Assembly (NCBI GenBank): GCA_963827235.1
Contig: CAWHAE010000011.1
Span: 32,001-96,000 of the forward strand
From: an uncultured bacterium
GTDB lineage: Bacteria > Chloroflexota > UBA5177 > JANWHV01
Direction: 5' to 3'
DNA: 64,000 nucleotides
In this document: positions 63,857-64,000 of the stretch, piece by piece
How positions within the stretch are numbered: the first letter of the stretch is position 1
How the letters are laid out: each line of letters starts with the position of its first letter
The notes under the pieces: generated by a model
The model's database searches: none
What the model saw: only the letters and a program-made list of their open reading frames with translations
Told to the model about the DNA's origin: nothing
Translations under genes and position numbers: made by a program

Positions 63857-64000
63857 ATGAGCGTGCAGCGCGAGACGCAGATGGAGATCCGGGCCCTGGA
63901 GGAGCGCCTGGCCAACCCCGGGCCTGGCGACTCGCCGGAGTCACTGGCGGCAATCTTTGCGGCGGATTTCCGCGAGTTCGGAAGCTCCGGACGCGTCTTC
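63857..64000 (+). CDS. DUF4440/NTF2-like protein, truncated by the window edge
   Basis: EIRALEERL...IFAADFREFGSSGRVF. Confidence 0.65.
   Translation, partial: MSVQRETQMEIRALEERLANPGPGDSPESLAAIFAADFREFGSSGRVF

Overview
High-GC proteobacterial accessory DNA, probably from a plasmid or chromid, because a replicon-like cassette sits at 57.8-62.6 kb. Many otherwise well-conserved genes carry single-base frameshifts, which looks like long-read indel error. Left (0.7-9.3 kb): decayed AcrB-type RND gene, lectin-fold protein, Tat sulfatase, LuxR relic, TonB receptor. 9.7-26.4 kb: catabolic block for an unknown aromatic/alicyclic substrate (crotonase-fold enzyme, ALDH, LLM monooxygenase, DUF59 + amidohydrolase, P450, ThDP enzyme, dihydroxyphthalate-decarboxylase-like protein, IclR, flavin reductase-GntR fusion, Fpr, MobA-like hydroxylase, LysR), with one operator-like motif shared by four promoters. 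28-48.7 kb: complete hydroquinone -> maleylacetate -> 3-oxoadipate pathway with two hydroquinone dioxygenase gene pairs; one pair is followed by a Rieske ferredoxin and a CobS-like AAA+ ATPase, the other by a CobT-like vWA protein, and no cobN is present. This is the best candidate for an undescribed system (a dioxygenase maturation/reactivation chaperone). An IS21 relic closes this block. 49-57.6 kb: DUF6152, TonB receptor, UrcA, and a MauG-like diheme protein + Tat metallophosphoesterase + cytochrome c operon. Right end: parA-parB-(antisense RNA)-unrecognised HTH rep gene in repABC-like order, with palindromic parS-like sites, an AbrB/VapC toxin-antitoxin pair and a mob relic. No rRNA, tRNA or CRISPR array seen. 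All family calls come from motif recognition, not database searches.
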